This document shows positions 36,145-46,923 of a DNA stretch of 64,000 bases, one piece after another (position 1 is the first letter of the stretch; every line of letters starts with the position of its first letter). The notes under the pieces are model-generated. The model did not search any database. It was given only the letters and a program-made list of their open reading frames with translations, and was not told where the DNA came from. The stretch is taken from positions 32,001-96,000 of the IMG/VR virus record IMGVR_UViG_3300034683_000192, one strand, 5' to 3'. Origin of the DNA: a virus. Position numbers and translations under genes: made by a program.

Positions 36145-39100
36145 TTAAGTGCTGCGCGCACTAGCGGCAGGAAGCTTTCTATTCATAGAAATAGCAGGAG
36201 CTCCTGCAGACTTGGATACGTGAGACGGGGAACTCGAACTTGCTGGAGTAGCAACCGCAGATTGTGCTCCACTTGCAGTCATTGAAGCGACACTAGAGAA
36301 CCCACTGGAAATACCATCACGAATTTCCGTGAGAACTGTCTGGCTCGTAACCAGTGCATCGAGTCGATTGATGACTTGCACAAGATTCGTATTGATTTGA
36401 CGAAGTTCTGTGTTTCCACTATCTCCACCGGCAGTTTTTGTGGCTGCAGGAGTTTCAGTTGATACAGTCGGAGTGGGTGCACCATTAGGTACAGTCACCG
36501 ATGCCGTTTGTGCAGGAGTAGTCGTAGATGCTCTTTCGGTCATCGACGACGGGGCATTCCCACTAGCATCTGCTGCTGCATTGATCTTTGGTACATTCGG
36601 GGCTTGTGGTTTCGGTGTATTTTCTGCTACAGCTCCAGTGTCAGGAAGAGGAGTACCTGCAGTGGGTATACCTTCTTCCGTTTTAGCACCATCACTAGAA
36701 CTTTTTTCTTTAGCAAGCATGGCAAGTGCAATAGCTGACTCTTCACGGAATCTGCTCTTCACCGATGCCTGCACTGATGCGGTAGATGAAGGGAAATTAC
36801 CACTTCGCTTACCGTAGATAAGTTTGATGAGATTTTCAGGATCAGTCTGAGGACCAGCTTGAGCGTATGCTGCATTGAAGATCCTTGCAGCTCCTCCTGC
36901 ACCATGTTGAACTGCAGTTGACCACAGTACATCCTGAAGTGCCTTGGATTTGCTGACCATATCCTGAAGAGCAGGATTCAGACTACCGAGTGCTGGTTCG
37001 TAGTGGGTCTTTTGGATGAACTGATGTTCCAGATCACCCATTTTACCTTCCATAACGAGACGCTTCCACTCATTCGGTACAGCGCCATTACGGCTACCCG
37101 TATCGTACGGTCCGGCATCTCTGAGACGTTTTGCTACTTCGGCTCCATCGCCACCAGCACGATCGGCGAATGTGAGGAATCTTTCGAACGTACCAGTACG
37201 CGCTGCGATCTGGTATTTACCGTAAGAAGTACCTCCAGTACTGTCCCACCCGATAGCGACAGAACCCGCTTTCGCCGATTCGAATTTCGCTGAGAGAGCA
37301 CCCAATTCGTCGGAATTCGGCGGACTTGCTTTATATCCTGAAGTATCGATAGGTTCAATTTCTTTCTGACCTGGTGCAGAACCAAATCCGAAGAAACTCT
37401 TGGTCTTGTCCCAAAAGCTAGAACCTCTTGCTTCAGTGACATCAGACTTTGTGACTTTCTTATTCTGATCCGTCATTCTGGAAGATGCAGCTGCATAATC
37501 CGAAGAGGCTCCATATTTCTTCGTATATCTCGTTGTGTCGGAGTTGGCTTCTCTGCCTTGTTCCCCTGCATCGAGATCTTTCTGTGACTTAGTGTCTTTA
37601 CCCTCATCCTGATCTTTCTTCATCTTCGCGTATGTTTTGGTAAAGAGATCAAATCCCTTCTTATCAGGAGTAAGATCTCTATACTGCGAAGCATGGGATT
37701 TTGTTTGTTCGACAAAGATCTGACCAATCTGTTTGGACACGTCTTCAGGGATATCATCGATATTCCCGTAGTTGTATCCAGCCTTCTTGATAAGATCGAT
37801 ATAGATACGGAATGCCGGGTAGAATCTCTGTCTGTACCAAGTTGCCCAGTACCGAACTTCTTCTTCCGACTTACCGTTAAATCCGAACCGCATTGCCCAG
37901 TACTTGATGTCACTATCGTTCATGGGAGATGCAGATCTTTCGAATATCTCTGCAGTCTTTTCTTCGAGTGCAATCAGTTTCTTGGTGTAGGATTCACCAA
38001 AGATACCTGTACTTGTATCGAGATTGACTCCGTATGTCTTTGCTCTGGTCTCAATTCCTGCATCACCTGAAGGATTCAGATATTTGTAACCAAGATACGT
38101 AGCAGCGATAGTGCCACCAACAAGCCACCCAATTGGGTTAGATGCGATAAGTCCTGCAAGCGCAGAACCACCAGCAGCGAGTGCTCCTCCAGTCGCAGAC
38201 GCAAGTCCACCCAAAGAAGCCATGAGTCCACCGCCAGCAGCTGTCGCTCCAGCGGCAGTTGCTCCTGCTGCAGCAGCTCCGCCACCCGCAGCTGCACTGG
38301 CAGCAGCACCCATCCCAAGTTTAGTAGCTAGACCCCCAAGACCAACTCTGGCCATGAGACCACCAGCTGCTCCTTTAAGGCCACCCATGATGCCACCAGC
38401 AGCAGAACGAATACCAAGGAAGGTAAGGATCTTATCCATCCACCCACCATCGGCATTATCTGCAGCTTCTTTTTGTGCTTTCAGAGTACCCTTAGCAAGA
38501 TCTATCTGCTTCTTGCTATTATCGACCAGCGTCTTCAAGGATTCCTTGATAGATTTCTGGTCGAGAGCTGCGGCTTTTTCTGCTTTGTCTTTTCTACCAC
38601 GAACCAGTCTCTCGAATACGGTATCTTTCTTACCGTCAGCATCGAGATCTCCAGCAGTGGGATCGGATGATTGATCTTTTGTCTTAGCTGCTTTTCCCTC
38701 TCCAAATCTATCCACGAGAAAATCGTAGATCTTGTCGAGCTTATCTCCGACAAGTTCTTTGAGGGATTTTCTATTGACCGAAGTATCGTCAAACTTGAAC
38801 GCTTTTGCGAGCATGTTGTACGAGAACTTACCAGCCAACTTAGTCAAATCGAATGCTGTACCAAGACCACCAGCAAGGATTTTCATCAGTGGATTATCGG
38901 AGCTGAAGATATCTTTGATCTTCCCAAATCCTCCGAACATCTTACCGAGACCCTTCTTGGCAAATCCTAGTGCGCTAATACCAGTCGTCAATGGTTTGTT
39001 ATTGACATCCACGAGACCGTGATCGATATCTTCTTTTGAGATCAGAGTTTCACCAGACTTGGGATCAAGTACTGGATGCTTGATGTCAAATGAAGATTGG

Positions 39101-42100
39101 ACTTTTCGTCCACTCGGGAATACCACACCACTGACTTGTTTTTTCTTCGTCAAAAGAGGATTACCGGGATCGACCTCATCCTTACGATAGATATCGACAT
39201 ACCGGACATCAACGAGATTCTTGATCTTTCGACCGAGCTGCCTAGTCTTAACCAATCCTCTCTTATACTTTCCGCTGTATTTATCCTTGATACTGTCTTT
39301 CCAAGATGCGACACTTTCTCGCATGTTCTGGTATTTTCCAGACAGTCTCCCGAATGCGGATCTTCCTACTCCTCCGAGCATATCTGCGGTACCGTAAAGT
39401 CCACCCATAGCCATACCAGCCATGCGTTTACCCATACCAAGGATACCGCCGCTATCTCCGGCTCCTCCACTACCTCTACCGAATTTTCTCAGGTAGTCCA
39501 TTCCGTAGAGTGCACGAAGATACATGTCTTCTCCAAATCCGGCGACCTTTCCACCAAATCCAGAGAACTTTCCAGTCAAACGATTCTTTACATTGATGAG
39601 TCGTTCAAGCTGAGATTGACCGAATGTCTTTCCTCGATGCAGAAGGTTACCGAATACTGATCCGGTAGTTCCTATCAAAGAAAGCATTTTGTCATTCATT
39701 TCCGACGACGAAGCTGCTATCTTCTCCAGAAGATCGGGAACTGGGTGTTGTCTTTCTGCATGTGTTTTGAGTAGTTCAACGAGACCGCTAGTGTCTGCTG
39801 ATGCTACAGTAGGAACAGTTACTTGAGGATATCCGGAACGTCTGGCAATTCTTCGTCTTGGTGTACGAAGTTTGAGACCAGACGATGCGTACTCATCCAT
39901 ACTTGAACTTGTACCCAGATCTGCGAGTTGATCAGAGATCTGAATATCTCGTTCGTATTTTGCAAGTTCCGATTCGTTGATTTCGCGCGCATCAGAATCG
40001 CCGAGTAACTTCGTGAGTGACTTAACTACATCGTTAGTAGCTCTACGATCAGCGATTTCGCGATCAAGTCGACTTTTAGTGTAATCGGAAGTGGTGGTGA
40101 CACCTTCTGCGAATGAGTAAGAAGTACCACCTTGGGCAATACGTCTTACTGCATCCTGATTGATTTCAAACGAAGACCCTCTGGCCTCAAAGAGATCTTT
40201 AAGATGTCTTGCTTGGCCAAGAGTGTTAAGATGCTGTGGAAGAACATCGAGATACCCATCACGGCCCATCATCGAAATGATGTGACGATCTATCTCAATG
40301 ATAGATGCAATATTCTTCTTTCCAGATTCGTCGAACAAAGGTTCGACCATAATCCGCGCAACATCTCGTTTATTCGAGATACCCTCAAACACTCTGACGA
40401 TGTACTGCTCTTCCTTATCGGAAAGCTCGTCACCTTCTGCGTACTTCTTAAGAGCTTCTGGCTTTAAGTAGTACTTCTTGAGTGCATGATTGGTAATGAC
40501 TTTTGCAATAGTTTCGGAGACTTCGTCGAACGCGAGTACATCGCCACCCATATGCGCAGTTACGCCACGATAGGCACCGACTGCTTCACCAAGTGCACGA
40601 CCTCTCGCTTCATCTGTACCAAATGCTTCGTCTATGACCTTTCTACGGAAACTAGATTGACGAAGAAAATCTCGTTTCGTGTGGTCGTAGACGAGCTCTT
40701 CAGTATCCTTTCCGGTAGCAAGTTTCTCAAGGAGTTGAACGCTCTTTGCAAGATATCCAGGCATCACTTCAACGATACTCTGCCGTACTGCCCGGTCAAA
40801 TGGAACCGGCTCATACGGATTCGACATATCGTTGACGATAGATCCTGCGCCTCTGGTTACACCAGGTGCAAGAATATCCGCAAGAAACTCAGTCATCGAT
40901 CCTGGTTCAGCATTCTCCTGAAGCTCTTTTGCTTTGAGCATCATTCGAAGTTTGAACTGACTAGCTATATCTCCTACTCCACGAGTATACGGAGAAAGCA
41001 CACCTGGAGTATCGTAATCACCAAAGAGTTTCTTTGATGCTGCTTTACCCAATCTAGACGCAAGAAGAGCTCCTGCTATTCCACCTATTTTTTGTGCGCC
41101 GGTTTCTTCTTGTACTCCAAAGTCTTTCATGGACTCTTCGATGCTGGCGTACATGTCGAGGCCGCCAGCAGTCATTTGTAGTCCCTGAACGACAGGATCA
41201 AGTACCTTTGACTGAATATTCTTAAGGATGCGTCCACCCCATTCACCAAGACTGGTGTTGATTCTCTGGGATACGGACGCTCTCATCACGTCTTTGTAGG
41301 ATTCAGAAAGTTTCTGCTTCTGAATATCAGGGAGAGCTGAGTTGTGTCTGATTTGTTCAAGTTTGGTTTCAAGTACCTTTGCCATACCCTGAACGACAGC
41401 CAGAGTATCTTTGGCCACGAAGAGGTGATGGTACTTAAGTTCCAGACTCTTTTTAAGGTAACTGATACCTACAGTTTCAGTAAACGATTTTTGAAATTCA
41501 GTTGCAAGACGAATTGAGTCGACTACTTTGATGAGATTTTCATGCCGGGTAGTTTCGACTGTCTTGTTCGCCAGTCGTTCGACTCTCTCTTCGTCAAGTT
41601 GACCTTGTGCTCGTTTTTCTTGTACTGCAAAAATTTGCGCAAGAGTTTCGTTGATTGCTGCAGTTCTTGATTCTTCTACTGAGGCAGATTTGAATGACTC
41701 AGGAGTTTCAAGGATCTTATTGATCTTTCTCTCAAGACCTGCAGGAAGATATTTAGTATACTTCGGTGCGATGACTCGCGTTGCGCGTTTGATCGTAGTG
41801 ATATTCGCATTTGCGTCTCGAAGGAATTTCTGGCGCATAGCTTCTGCACCAGATGCAAACTGCATTCCTTCTCCGACAAGTGAACCTACCGACGGAATAT
41901 GATTGTCGATACTTCTTGCGAGCTGAGGTCCGATCTTCTTCGCAGTAGAAGTAAGACCAGATGTGAGCCCTTCGCGCACCTTGGTGATAGGTGTGCGATT
42001 GGAATCAGAATTCGAGACAGTAGTGTCATCGAAATTGAAGTCACCGAAGTCACTTTCAAAATCTTCGAATTCCGATCCAAGGTCGAGATCTTTGTTCTTA

Positions 42101-42105
42101 GCCAT
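36145..42105 (-). CDS. tape-measure/tail-tip lytic protein (gp181-like) with VgrG3-like C-terminal muramidase
   Basis: 1986 aa; acidic DF-rich N-terminus, long helical body, Gly/Ala hydrophobic segment, catalytic LGALSAKFES...GGTSYGKYQI...QDVLWSTAVQHG, low-complexity tail. Confidence 0.85.
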   Translation of the reverse strand: MAKNKDLDLGSEFEDFESDFGDFNFDDTTVSNSDSNRTPITKVREGLTSGLTSTAKKIGPQLARSIDNHIPSVGSLVGEGMQFASGAEAMRQKFLRDANANITTIKRATRVIAPKYTKYLPAGLERKINKILETPESFKSASVEESRTAAINETLAQIFAVQEKRAQGQLDEERVERLANKTVETTRHENLIKVVDSIRLATEFQKSFTETVGISYLKKSLELKYHHLFVAKDTLAVVQGMAKVLETKLEQIRHNSALPDIQKQKLSESYKDVMRASVSQRINTSLGEWGGRILKNIQSKVLDPVVQGLQMTAGGLDMYASIEESMKDFGVQEETGAQKIGGIAGALLASRLGKAASKKLFGDYDTPGVLSPYTRGVGDIASQFKLRMMLKAKELQENAEPGSMTEFLADILAPGVTRGAGSIVNDMSNPYEPVPFDRAVRQSIVEVMPGYLAKSVQLLEKLATGKDTEELVYDHTKRDFLRQSSFRRKVIDEAFGTDEARGRALGEAVGAYRGVTAHMGGDVLAFDEVSETIAKVITNHALKKYYLKPEALKKYAEGDELSDKEEQYIVRVFEGISNKRDVARIMVEPLFDESGKKNIASIIEIDRHIISMMGRDGYLDVLPQHLNTLGQARHLKDLFEARGSSFEINQDAVRRIAQGGTSYSFAEGVTTTSDYTKSRLDREIADRRATNDVVKSLTKLLGDSDAREINESELAKYERDIQISDQLADLGTSSSMDEYASSGLKLRTPRRRIARRSGYPQVTVPTVASADTSGLVELLKTHAERQHPVPDLLEKIAASSSEMNDKMLSLIGTTGSVFGNLLHRGKTFGQSQLERLINVKNRLTGKFSGFGGKVAGFGEDMYLRALYGMDYLRKFGRGSGGAGDSGGILGMGKRMAGMAMGGLYGTADMLGGVGRSAFGRLSGKYQNMRESVASWKDSIKDKYSGKYKRGLVKTRQLGRKIKNLVDVRYVDIYRKDEVDPGNPLLTKKKQVSGVVFPSGRKVQSSFDIKHPVLDPKSGETLISKEDIDHGLVDVNNKPLTTGISALGFAKKGLGKMFGGFGKIKDIFSSDNPLMKILAGGLGTAFDLTKLAGKFSYNMLAKAFKFDDTSVNRKSLKELVGDKLDKIYDFLVDRFGEGKAAKTKDQSSDPTAGDLDADGKKDTVFERLVRGRKDKAEKAAALDQKSIKESLKTLVDNSKKQIDLAKGTLKAQKEAADNADGGWMDKILTFLGIRSAAGGIMGGLKGAAGGLMARVGLGGLATKLGMGAAASAAAGGGAAAAGATAAGATAAGGGLMASLGGLASATGGALAAGGSALAGLIASNPIGWLVGGTIAATYLGYKYLNPSGDAGIETRAKTYGVNLDTSTGIFGESYTKKLIALEEKTAEIFERSASPMNDSDIKYWAMRFGFNGKSEEEVRYWATWYRQRFYPAFRIYIDLIKKAGYNYGNIDDIPEDVSKQIGQIFVEQTKSHASQYRDLTPDKKGFDLFTKTYAKMKKDQDEGKDTKSQKDLDAGEQGREANSDTTRYTKKYGASSDYAAASSRMTDQNKKVTKSDVTEARGSSFWDKTKSFFGFGSAPGQKEIEPIDTSGYKASPPNSDELGALSAKFESAKAGSVAIGWDSTGGTSYGKYQIAARTGTFERFLTFADRAGGDGAEVAKRLRDAGPYDTGSRNGAVPNEWKRLVMEGKMGDLEHQFIQKTHYEPALGSLNPALQDMVSKSKALQDVLWSTAVQHGAGGAARIFNAAYAQAGPQTDPENLIKLIYGKRSGNFPSSTASVQASVKSRFREESAIALAMLAKEKSSSDGAKTEEGIPTAGTPLPDTGAVAENTPKPQAPNVPKINAAADASGNAPSSMTERASTTTPAQTASVTVPNGAPTPTVSTETPAATKTAGGDSGNTELRQINTNLVQVINRLDALVTSQTVLTEIRDGISSGFSSVASMTASGAQSAVATPASSSSPSHVSKSAGAPAISMNRKLPAASARST

Positions 42106-42113
42106 GATTCACC

Positions 42114-42923
42114 TTAATTCGAGGTAGATTCGCCAGTATCGATTTTGATGTCGGTGTAGATATACGTGGTAAGTAGATTGCAGATAACTCCAGCATTCTG
42201 AATAGCTTCTGCAATTTGTTCTTGAGACATTACCGAAATAGTCTCAAGAAGTTTTGGACAATTGATTCTTCTGGGAGTAAAAACAATTTTGTCACGAAAC
42301 AGATTGTCGATAAAGAAATGCTTATAGCACTGTCCATCTTGATCTGTTACGTGCGAAATATTTTCGATGAAGAATGTATCGAATCTTGAAATAGTTGTAG
42401 CAGGAAGATGCTTCAATGGTGTACTAATAAATCCGACAACCGGATTCTCAGTGACCTCAAACATACGTGTTTTGATAAGAAGCATTTCGTCGGTTGTAAG
42501 CTCGAGTGGATAATGATTGATCACGTATTCGATTGTATCGTCTTTGTGATCATCTCCGGCAAGAATACGATTTCTTTCGACATTTTCTCTATGAAATTCG
42601 GGAAGCTTGTCGAATATATCTGTTGTAGGAGATGCAGCAATAATACGACTGACGTTTTCTCGATCAGTGATGTATTCGAGAATGCTTTCTTCTGTTTCGT
42701 TCAAATCAGGAAAGAATTGGGTTCTGGATATTGTCACTCGGTTATTGTACGCATTGAGATTTGAGAAAATATGGTTGTACGCTTGCTCATTGAGATTCTT
42801 GAGAAGAATACCACCGAGATAGACATCTTGAATATACGCAAGGTCAATGTAGACCTTCTTGATCGTACGAACAAAGTCTTTATTTACGGCTTTGTTGATG
42901 AAGTCCAGATCTATCCCGGTCAT
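42114..42923 (-). CDS. conserved phiKZ-like protein (degenerate HAD-like N-terminus)
   Basis: 269 aa; VYIDLAYIQD motif; between the gp181-like and gp180-like genes. Confidence 0.55.
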   Translation of the reverse strand: MTGIDLDFINKAVNKDFVRTIKKVYIDLAYIQDVYLGGILLKNLNEQAYNHIFSNLNAYNNRVTISRTQFFPDLNETEESILEYITDRENVSRIIAASPTTDIFDKLPEFHRENVERNRILAGDDHKDDTIEYVINHYPLELTTDEMLLIKTRMFEVTENPVVGFISTPLKHLPATTISRFDTFFIENISHVTDQDGQCYKHFFIDNLFRDKIVFTPRRINCPKLLETISVMSQEQIAEAIQNAGVICNLLTTYIYTDIKIDTGESTSN

Positions 42924-43069
42924 GGAAATGCTCCTTAGAGACGGTATTTACTTACATTCTATATCCGGCTGTTCCTAAAAACTATATTCTCTGGGTCTAT
43001 TTGACCCAGGAATATTCAGTACTTGATCATACGATGAATCATCTAGTTCACATTCTAGGAGTTATCCCG

Positions 43070-44761
43070 ATGAAACCTACTCAGCCGTTTAACATATGGC
43101 CTCTCAATATCGACGATCTCATTCGTCGTGAAGGTCTCCTTGAAGTGAAATCTCATCTCATTTGGGAACCATCTACCACAAATCTCCATCCTGACGGTCT
43201 CTTCTCTGAAGGGATATTTGGACAGGTAGGATCACCTGAACGTATCTACAGAATGGGGTTTATTTCACTCAATACGAAGATCATGGTTCCTAACGTGTAT
43301 AAGAACGTGATCGATTTGAAACCCATATATTCCGACATCATGGAAGGTAAAGCATACGCCACCTTCAATAAGAAGACGGGTGAATTCGATCCTTGTCCAA
43401 AGGATCAGCCAGGATGCGATACTGGATATTCCTTCTTTCTTTCGCATTTCGATGAATTGAAGTTCACCCCTACCAATTCACATACACGATCAATGAAAAT
43501 TGCTGCAGTCGAAAAATCGAAAACGATGAACGCTGCGATCGCTGAAAGAATTCCTGTACTTCCTGCAGGTATTCGAGATCTCAAGATGGAAGGAGATCGT
43601 GTAGCTACTGAAGAAATCAATAAGGTCTATTCTGCTATTCTTTCTCTCGCAAGTGAAGTATACCACAAGTTCAATGATCCTATCCTCGATAAGATCTATG
43701 ATGGAGTGAAATACAATATTCAGCTCAAAGTCTACGAACTCTTTGCTACTCATAAAGAGTTTCTCAGTGGAAAGACTGGATTTGCACAGAGAAAATATGC
43801 CAGACGTGCACTCGCGTGCGGTACACGAGGAGTTATCTCTGGTGCAGATATGAAGGGTAAAAATATCGAAGATCCTTCCTATCAGAAACACGATGAGACA
43901 ATTGGTCCTCTTTTCCAATTGGCAAAGGCATTCCAGCCACTTGTCGTGCATCAATTGAGAGAGCTTTTTTACAGCCAGATCTTTACTCAAGTCAGTAACC
44001 GAGTAATCGGTATCGATACGAAGACATATGAAACGACATATATCGAAGTCTCAAATGCTGAAGTAACTCGAGCTCTTTCTGCCGAAGGAATGGAAGACAT
44101 TATCTCGATGTTCCGAAATGTCCACATGCGTGAACGACCGGTAATCATCAGAGATATCAAAGATAAATTCTATTATCTGTTCTTGGTATACGACAGAGAA
44201 AGCGGAAAAGATTCCGCGCAGAATGAAATCTATCTTCTGCGAAATATGAACGACTTCGTTACGTTCATGAAAGACAATCATGGGCATGAAGTTGACAAAT
44301 CAAAGATTCGTCCGCTCACGTATACTGAAATGCTGTATCTTGCAACATACCGTGCAACGGTAGATAAATACTGCACATTTACGCGGTATCCTGCAATTGA
44401 GCTTGGCTCAATATATCCGACGAAGATCAAAGTAGGATCGACGATTCCCAATCGTCAGGTCATGTTCAAGTCGCAGTATGACGACAAAGCCATTCTTCTG
44501 CCAGCATATCCGATTCTTGGAAAGATGTATCTCGATAGTGTCGTGGTCCATCCTTCTCAGGTTGTTGGACTCGGTGCAGACTACGATGGCGATACTGGTT
44601 CTCTTAACAGTGTCATGTCAGCCGAAGCAATTGAAGAATGTCGAACATATCTTAAGAGTTTGAAAAGCTTCATCTCTCCTGATGGTAAATTCATCAAGAG
44701 TGCAGAAACCGCTCTTACTGAATTGACCTTCTTCAATTTGACCAGAGATGCCAGAGCTTAG
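43070..44761 (+). CDS. virion RNA polymerase beta' catalytic subunit (phiKZ gp180-like)
   Basis: GLFSEGIFG, LPAGIRD, FTRYP and catalytic GADYDGD; start reassigned to MKPTQP (AGGAG SD). Confidence 0.93.
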   Translation: MKPTQPFNIWPLNIDDLIRREGLLEVKSHLIWEPSTTNLHPDGLFSEGIFGQVGSPERIYRMGFISLNTKIMVPNVYKNVIDLKPIYSDIMEGKAYATFNKKTGEFDPCPKDQPGCDTGYSFFLSHFDELKFTPTNSHTRSMKIAAVEKSKTMNAAIAERIPVLPAGIRDLKMEGDRVATEEINKVYSAILSLASEVYHKFNDPILDKIYDGVKYNIQLKVYELFATHKEFLSGKTGFAQRKYARRALACGTRGVISGADMKGKNIEDPSYQKHDETIGPLFQLAKAFQPLVVHQLRELFYSQIFTQVSNRVIGIDTKTYETTYIEVSNAEVTRALSAEGMEDIISMFRNVHMRERPVIIRDIKDKFYYLFLVYDRESGKDSAQNEIYLLRNMNDFVTFMKDNHGHEVDKSKIRPLTYTEMLYLATYRATVDKYCTFTRYPAIELGSIYPTKIKVGSTIPNRQVMFKSQYDDKAILLPAYPILGKMYLDSVVVHPSQVVGLGADYDGDTGSLNSVMSAEAIEECRTYLKSLKSFISPDGKFIKSAETALTELTFFNLTRDARA

Positions 44762-44777
44762 ACAAAAAAAAAAGAAA

Positions 44778-44808
44778 AGAGGAGAGGAGCCCAATTGGGC
44801 TCCTCCCT
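44778..44808. terminator. bidirectional palindrome after RNAP beta'
   Basis: Core GAGGAGCCCAA|TTGGGCTCCTC. Confidence 0.78.
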
Positions 44809-44832
44809 CATCTTACGATATGCGTGCTCGTC

Positions 44833-45585
44833 TTATTGACGAACTGTCACTTCAGGCTCTTCGTCTTTTTCATCGAATTTCCAGTAAGCCTGTACGTCGA
44901 CTGCCCCCGAAATATTCGGACGTTCAAGACCCATCTTCGTTTGCCCATTGGCAAGGAATCGAGTCATGATGTACGTCCGCTCTCTTTCGGAGAGTTCGAC
45001 TTTGGCGTCTTCTTTCTGTTCGATGAGACGATCTTCGCCGTGTTCAAAGATGCACTCGGATACTCCGAAGTTTCCGTTCTTGTAGTGCAAGCAGAACCTT
45101 GGCAGCATGTACTTGCGACCATTTTGCAGGTAATGCATTTCTGACAGCACGATGTACCCTTCTTCATTCGGGTCGTCGAGCAGAATGGTATCTACCGCTT
45201 CCGGAGTAGAAGATTCCGGATTCTGGATGAAGAACTCGATCTTTCGAAGAACGTTGTCGATATTCTCCTTTCCATGAGTCGCACGAGCAATGCCCACGTC
45301 GTAGATCATCGGAGGGAGGGATTCCATGTTGGTATGGATTGCAGCCGAGATAATCCCCTTGAGAGCAGAACTTCTCGTTGCAAAATCCGTCCCGACATTC
45401 ATGGAGTTGACCATGGTGATTTCGCCAGTGTACGCGCCTTCGACGTTTTTGGTCGGATACGCGATGATCATTGCAAGATCATCGATGCTGCGCAAGCACG
45501 GAAAACTCCCATCGAGGAAGTTTTTATAGAGATCCTGCTTGGACAGAATGGTGATGAGCTTGTCATTGAATCTCAGCATCCACAT
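44833..45585 (-). CDS. hypothetical protein
   Basis: 250 aa; GGAG SD; operon position. Confidence 0.75.
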   Translation of the reverse strand: MWMLRFNDKLITILSKQDLYKNFLDGSFPCLRSIDDLAMIIAYPTKNVEGAYTGEITMVNSMNVGTDFATRSSALKGIISAAIHTNMESLPPMIYDVGIARATHGKENIDNVLRKIEFFIQNPESSTPEAVDTILLDDPNEEGYIVLSEMHYLQNGRKYMLPRFCLHYKNGNFGVSECIFEHGEDRLIEQKEDAKVELSERERTYIMTRFLANGQTKMGLERPNISGAVDVQAYWKFDEKDEEPEVTVRQ

Positions 45586-45608
45586 TGGAAAACTCCGTCA
45601 GTTAAGGG

Positions 45609-46280
45609 TTAGATGAAATGGTAGAAAAGACGTTCGATTTCTTCATCGTTGAACCGGAAAATCCGATCACCCGGTTCGAGTAGAATGGACTGAGGAAGTT
45701 GTTCCCCGTAAGGAATTTCGATTCTGGAATCGTCCTTCTTTTTGTAGAGGACGTAGACGTTGTTCATCGACCATTCCGCCAGTCTCTTCTTCGGGTAGAT
45801 GAGATGAGGCCGATTCCTGTTGTTCCCACGAAGTCCCCAGATGACATTCGGAGAGATCTTGTTCATGACCACGGCAGAAACTTCATCATTGTAATGCTTG
45901 GAGTTTGCTGCAGGAATGAATCGCAGTTCGAGAGAATCTGCATCGATGAGGTAGTCGACATCTTCGCGGATCTGGTACCGATGCCCACGTACTTTCGGTC
46001 TTCCATCTTTCGGCATCGTGCGCATGATGCGTTCTTTGTCGAACACTCCAGTCGCTTGATCCGGATGCTTGACGATGTATACCGTGTGGGAGTCACAGTA
46101 GAGCGAGATGATCGCCTGCTGGTGTTTGACGATCCCGACTTCGTAGAGTTCCTTCGATTCGAAAATGTGATTCAGTGCGGTACCAGAGATGAAGATGGAT
46201 CGATCCCCGACACGAAGGGTATTGAAGTTGGCGGTAATGAAGTCCAGTTGATCTTCGAAGCTGTGAGCAGTCTGAAGCAT
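45609..46280 (-). CDS. hypothetical protein
   Basis: 223 aa; AAGGA SD. Confidence 0.75.
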   Translation of the reverse strand: MLQTAHSFEDQLDFITANFNTLRVGDRSIFISGTALNHIFESKELYEVGIVKHQQAIISLYCDSHTVYIVKHPDQATGVFDKERIMRTMPKDGRPKVRGHRYQIREDVDYLIDADSLELRFIPAANSKHYNDEVSAVVMNKISPNVIWGLRGNNRNRPHLIYPKKRLAEWSMNNVYVLYKKKDDSRIEIPYGEQLPQSILLEPGDRIFRFNDEEIERLFYHFI

Positions 46281-46329
46281 GATGAGTATTCCTTTGTGTG
46301 AGTATAGAGTTATTGGACTTTGTGTACGA

Positions 46330-46860
46330 TTACTTACGGAAAGTTTTGCACAGTCGATATGCTTCTTCGAATTTCTTTTGTATCTGAATGCTTCGCAAAT
46401 TCACTTCGATGGAGGGTACGTCACGATACACTGTAGGCCATACCCAAACACGAATAGAACGTGCGTTTTTGGTAATCATTTCTTCTTGAATCTTATCTGC
46501 GTCGGAAAATGCGATTTCCCACTTCGTGGTGGTTTCTTCAGGATAACCATACGTAGTGTAACTCACGTGTGGGTTGTTTGCATCTATTTTGACCCAAGAA
46601 AATCCACCCTCGATAAATTCCTTCGAGGTACCCAAAAATTCCGTAGTAGAGACAGAAATCATCGGGTAGTTACAGAGATTCTCAGGAGAGTAGTCAAGGT
46701 AGAGAGAAACTTGGTCGTCGGTATTGTCGATTTGAATTCTTGCAACTTGTGCGTTATTCGCGAAATCCGAGAGAACAGGAATTACTGAAACATTCGACTC
46801 TTTCGCATGTGCAGATACAGAGAACAGAAGCGAGATAGTGAGAACAAGAATGCGCAGCAT
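46330..46860 (-). CDS. exported hypothetical protein (signal peptide)
   Basis: Start reassigned to MLRILVLTISLLFSVSAHA|KE, a classic AHA cleavage site. Confidence 0.75.
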   Translation of the reverse strand: MLRILVLTISLLFSVSAHAKESNVSVIPVLSDFANNAQVARIQIDNTDDQVSLYLDYSPENLCNYPMISVSTTEFLGTSKEFIEGGFSWVKIDANNPHVSYTTYGYPEETTTKWEIAFSDADKIQEEMITKNARSIRVWVWPTVYRDVPSIEVNLRSIQIQKKFEEAYRLCKTFRK

Positions 46861-46923
46861 GATTGTCGCTCCATTTGTAGGAGGGGACCTTTCGATCCCC
46901 TCCAAGATGTATCGTTGATTCGG

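Noticed and set aside
38200-38420. GCAGCA/CCACC low-complexity repeats
   Set aside because: Encode the Gly/Ala-rich hydrophobic segment of the tape measure protein; not a DNA repeat array
28707-44761. Intein or intron in the RNAP genes
   Set aside because: Both ORFs are continuous, near the expected sizes, and show no C..HN intein ends or homing-endonuclease motifs
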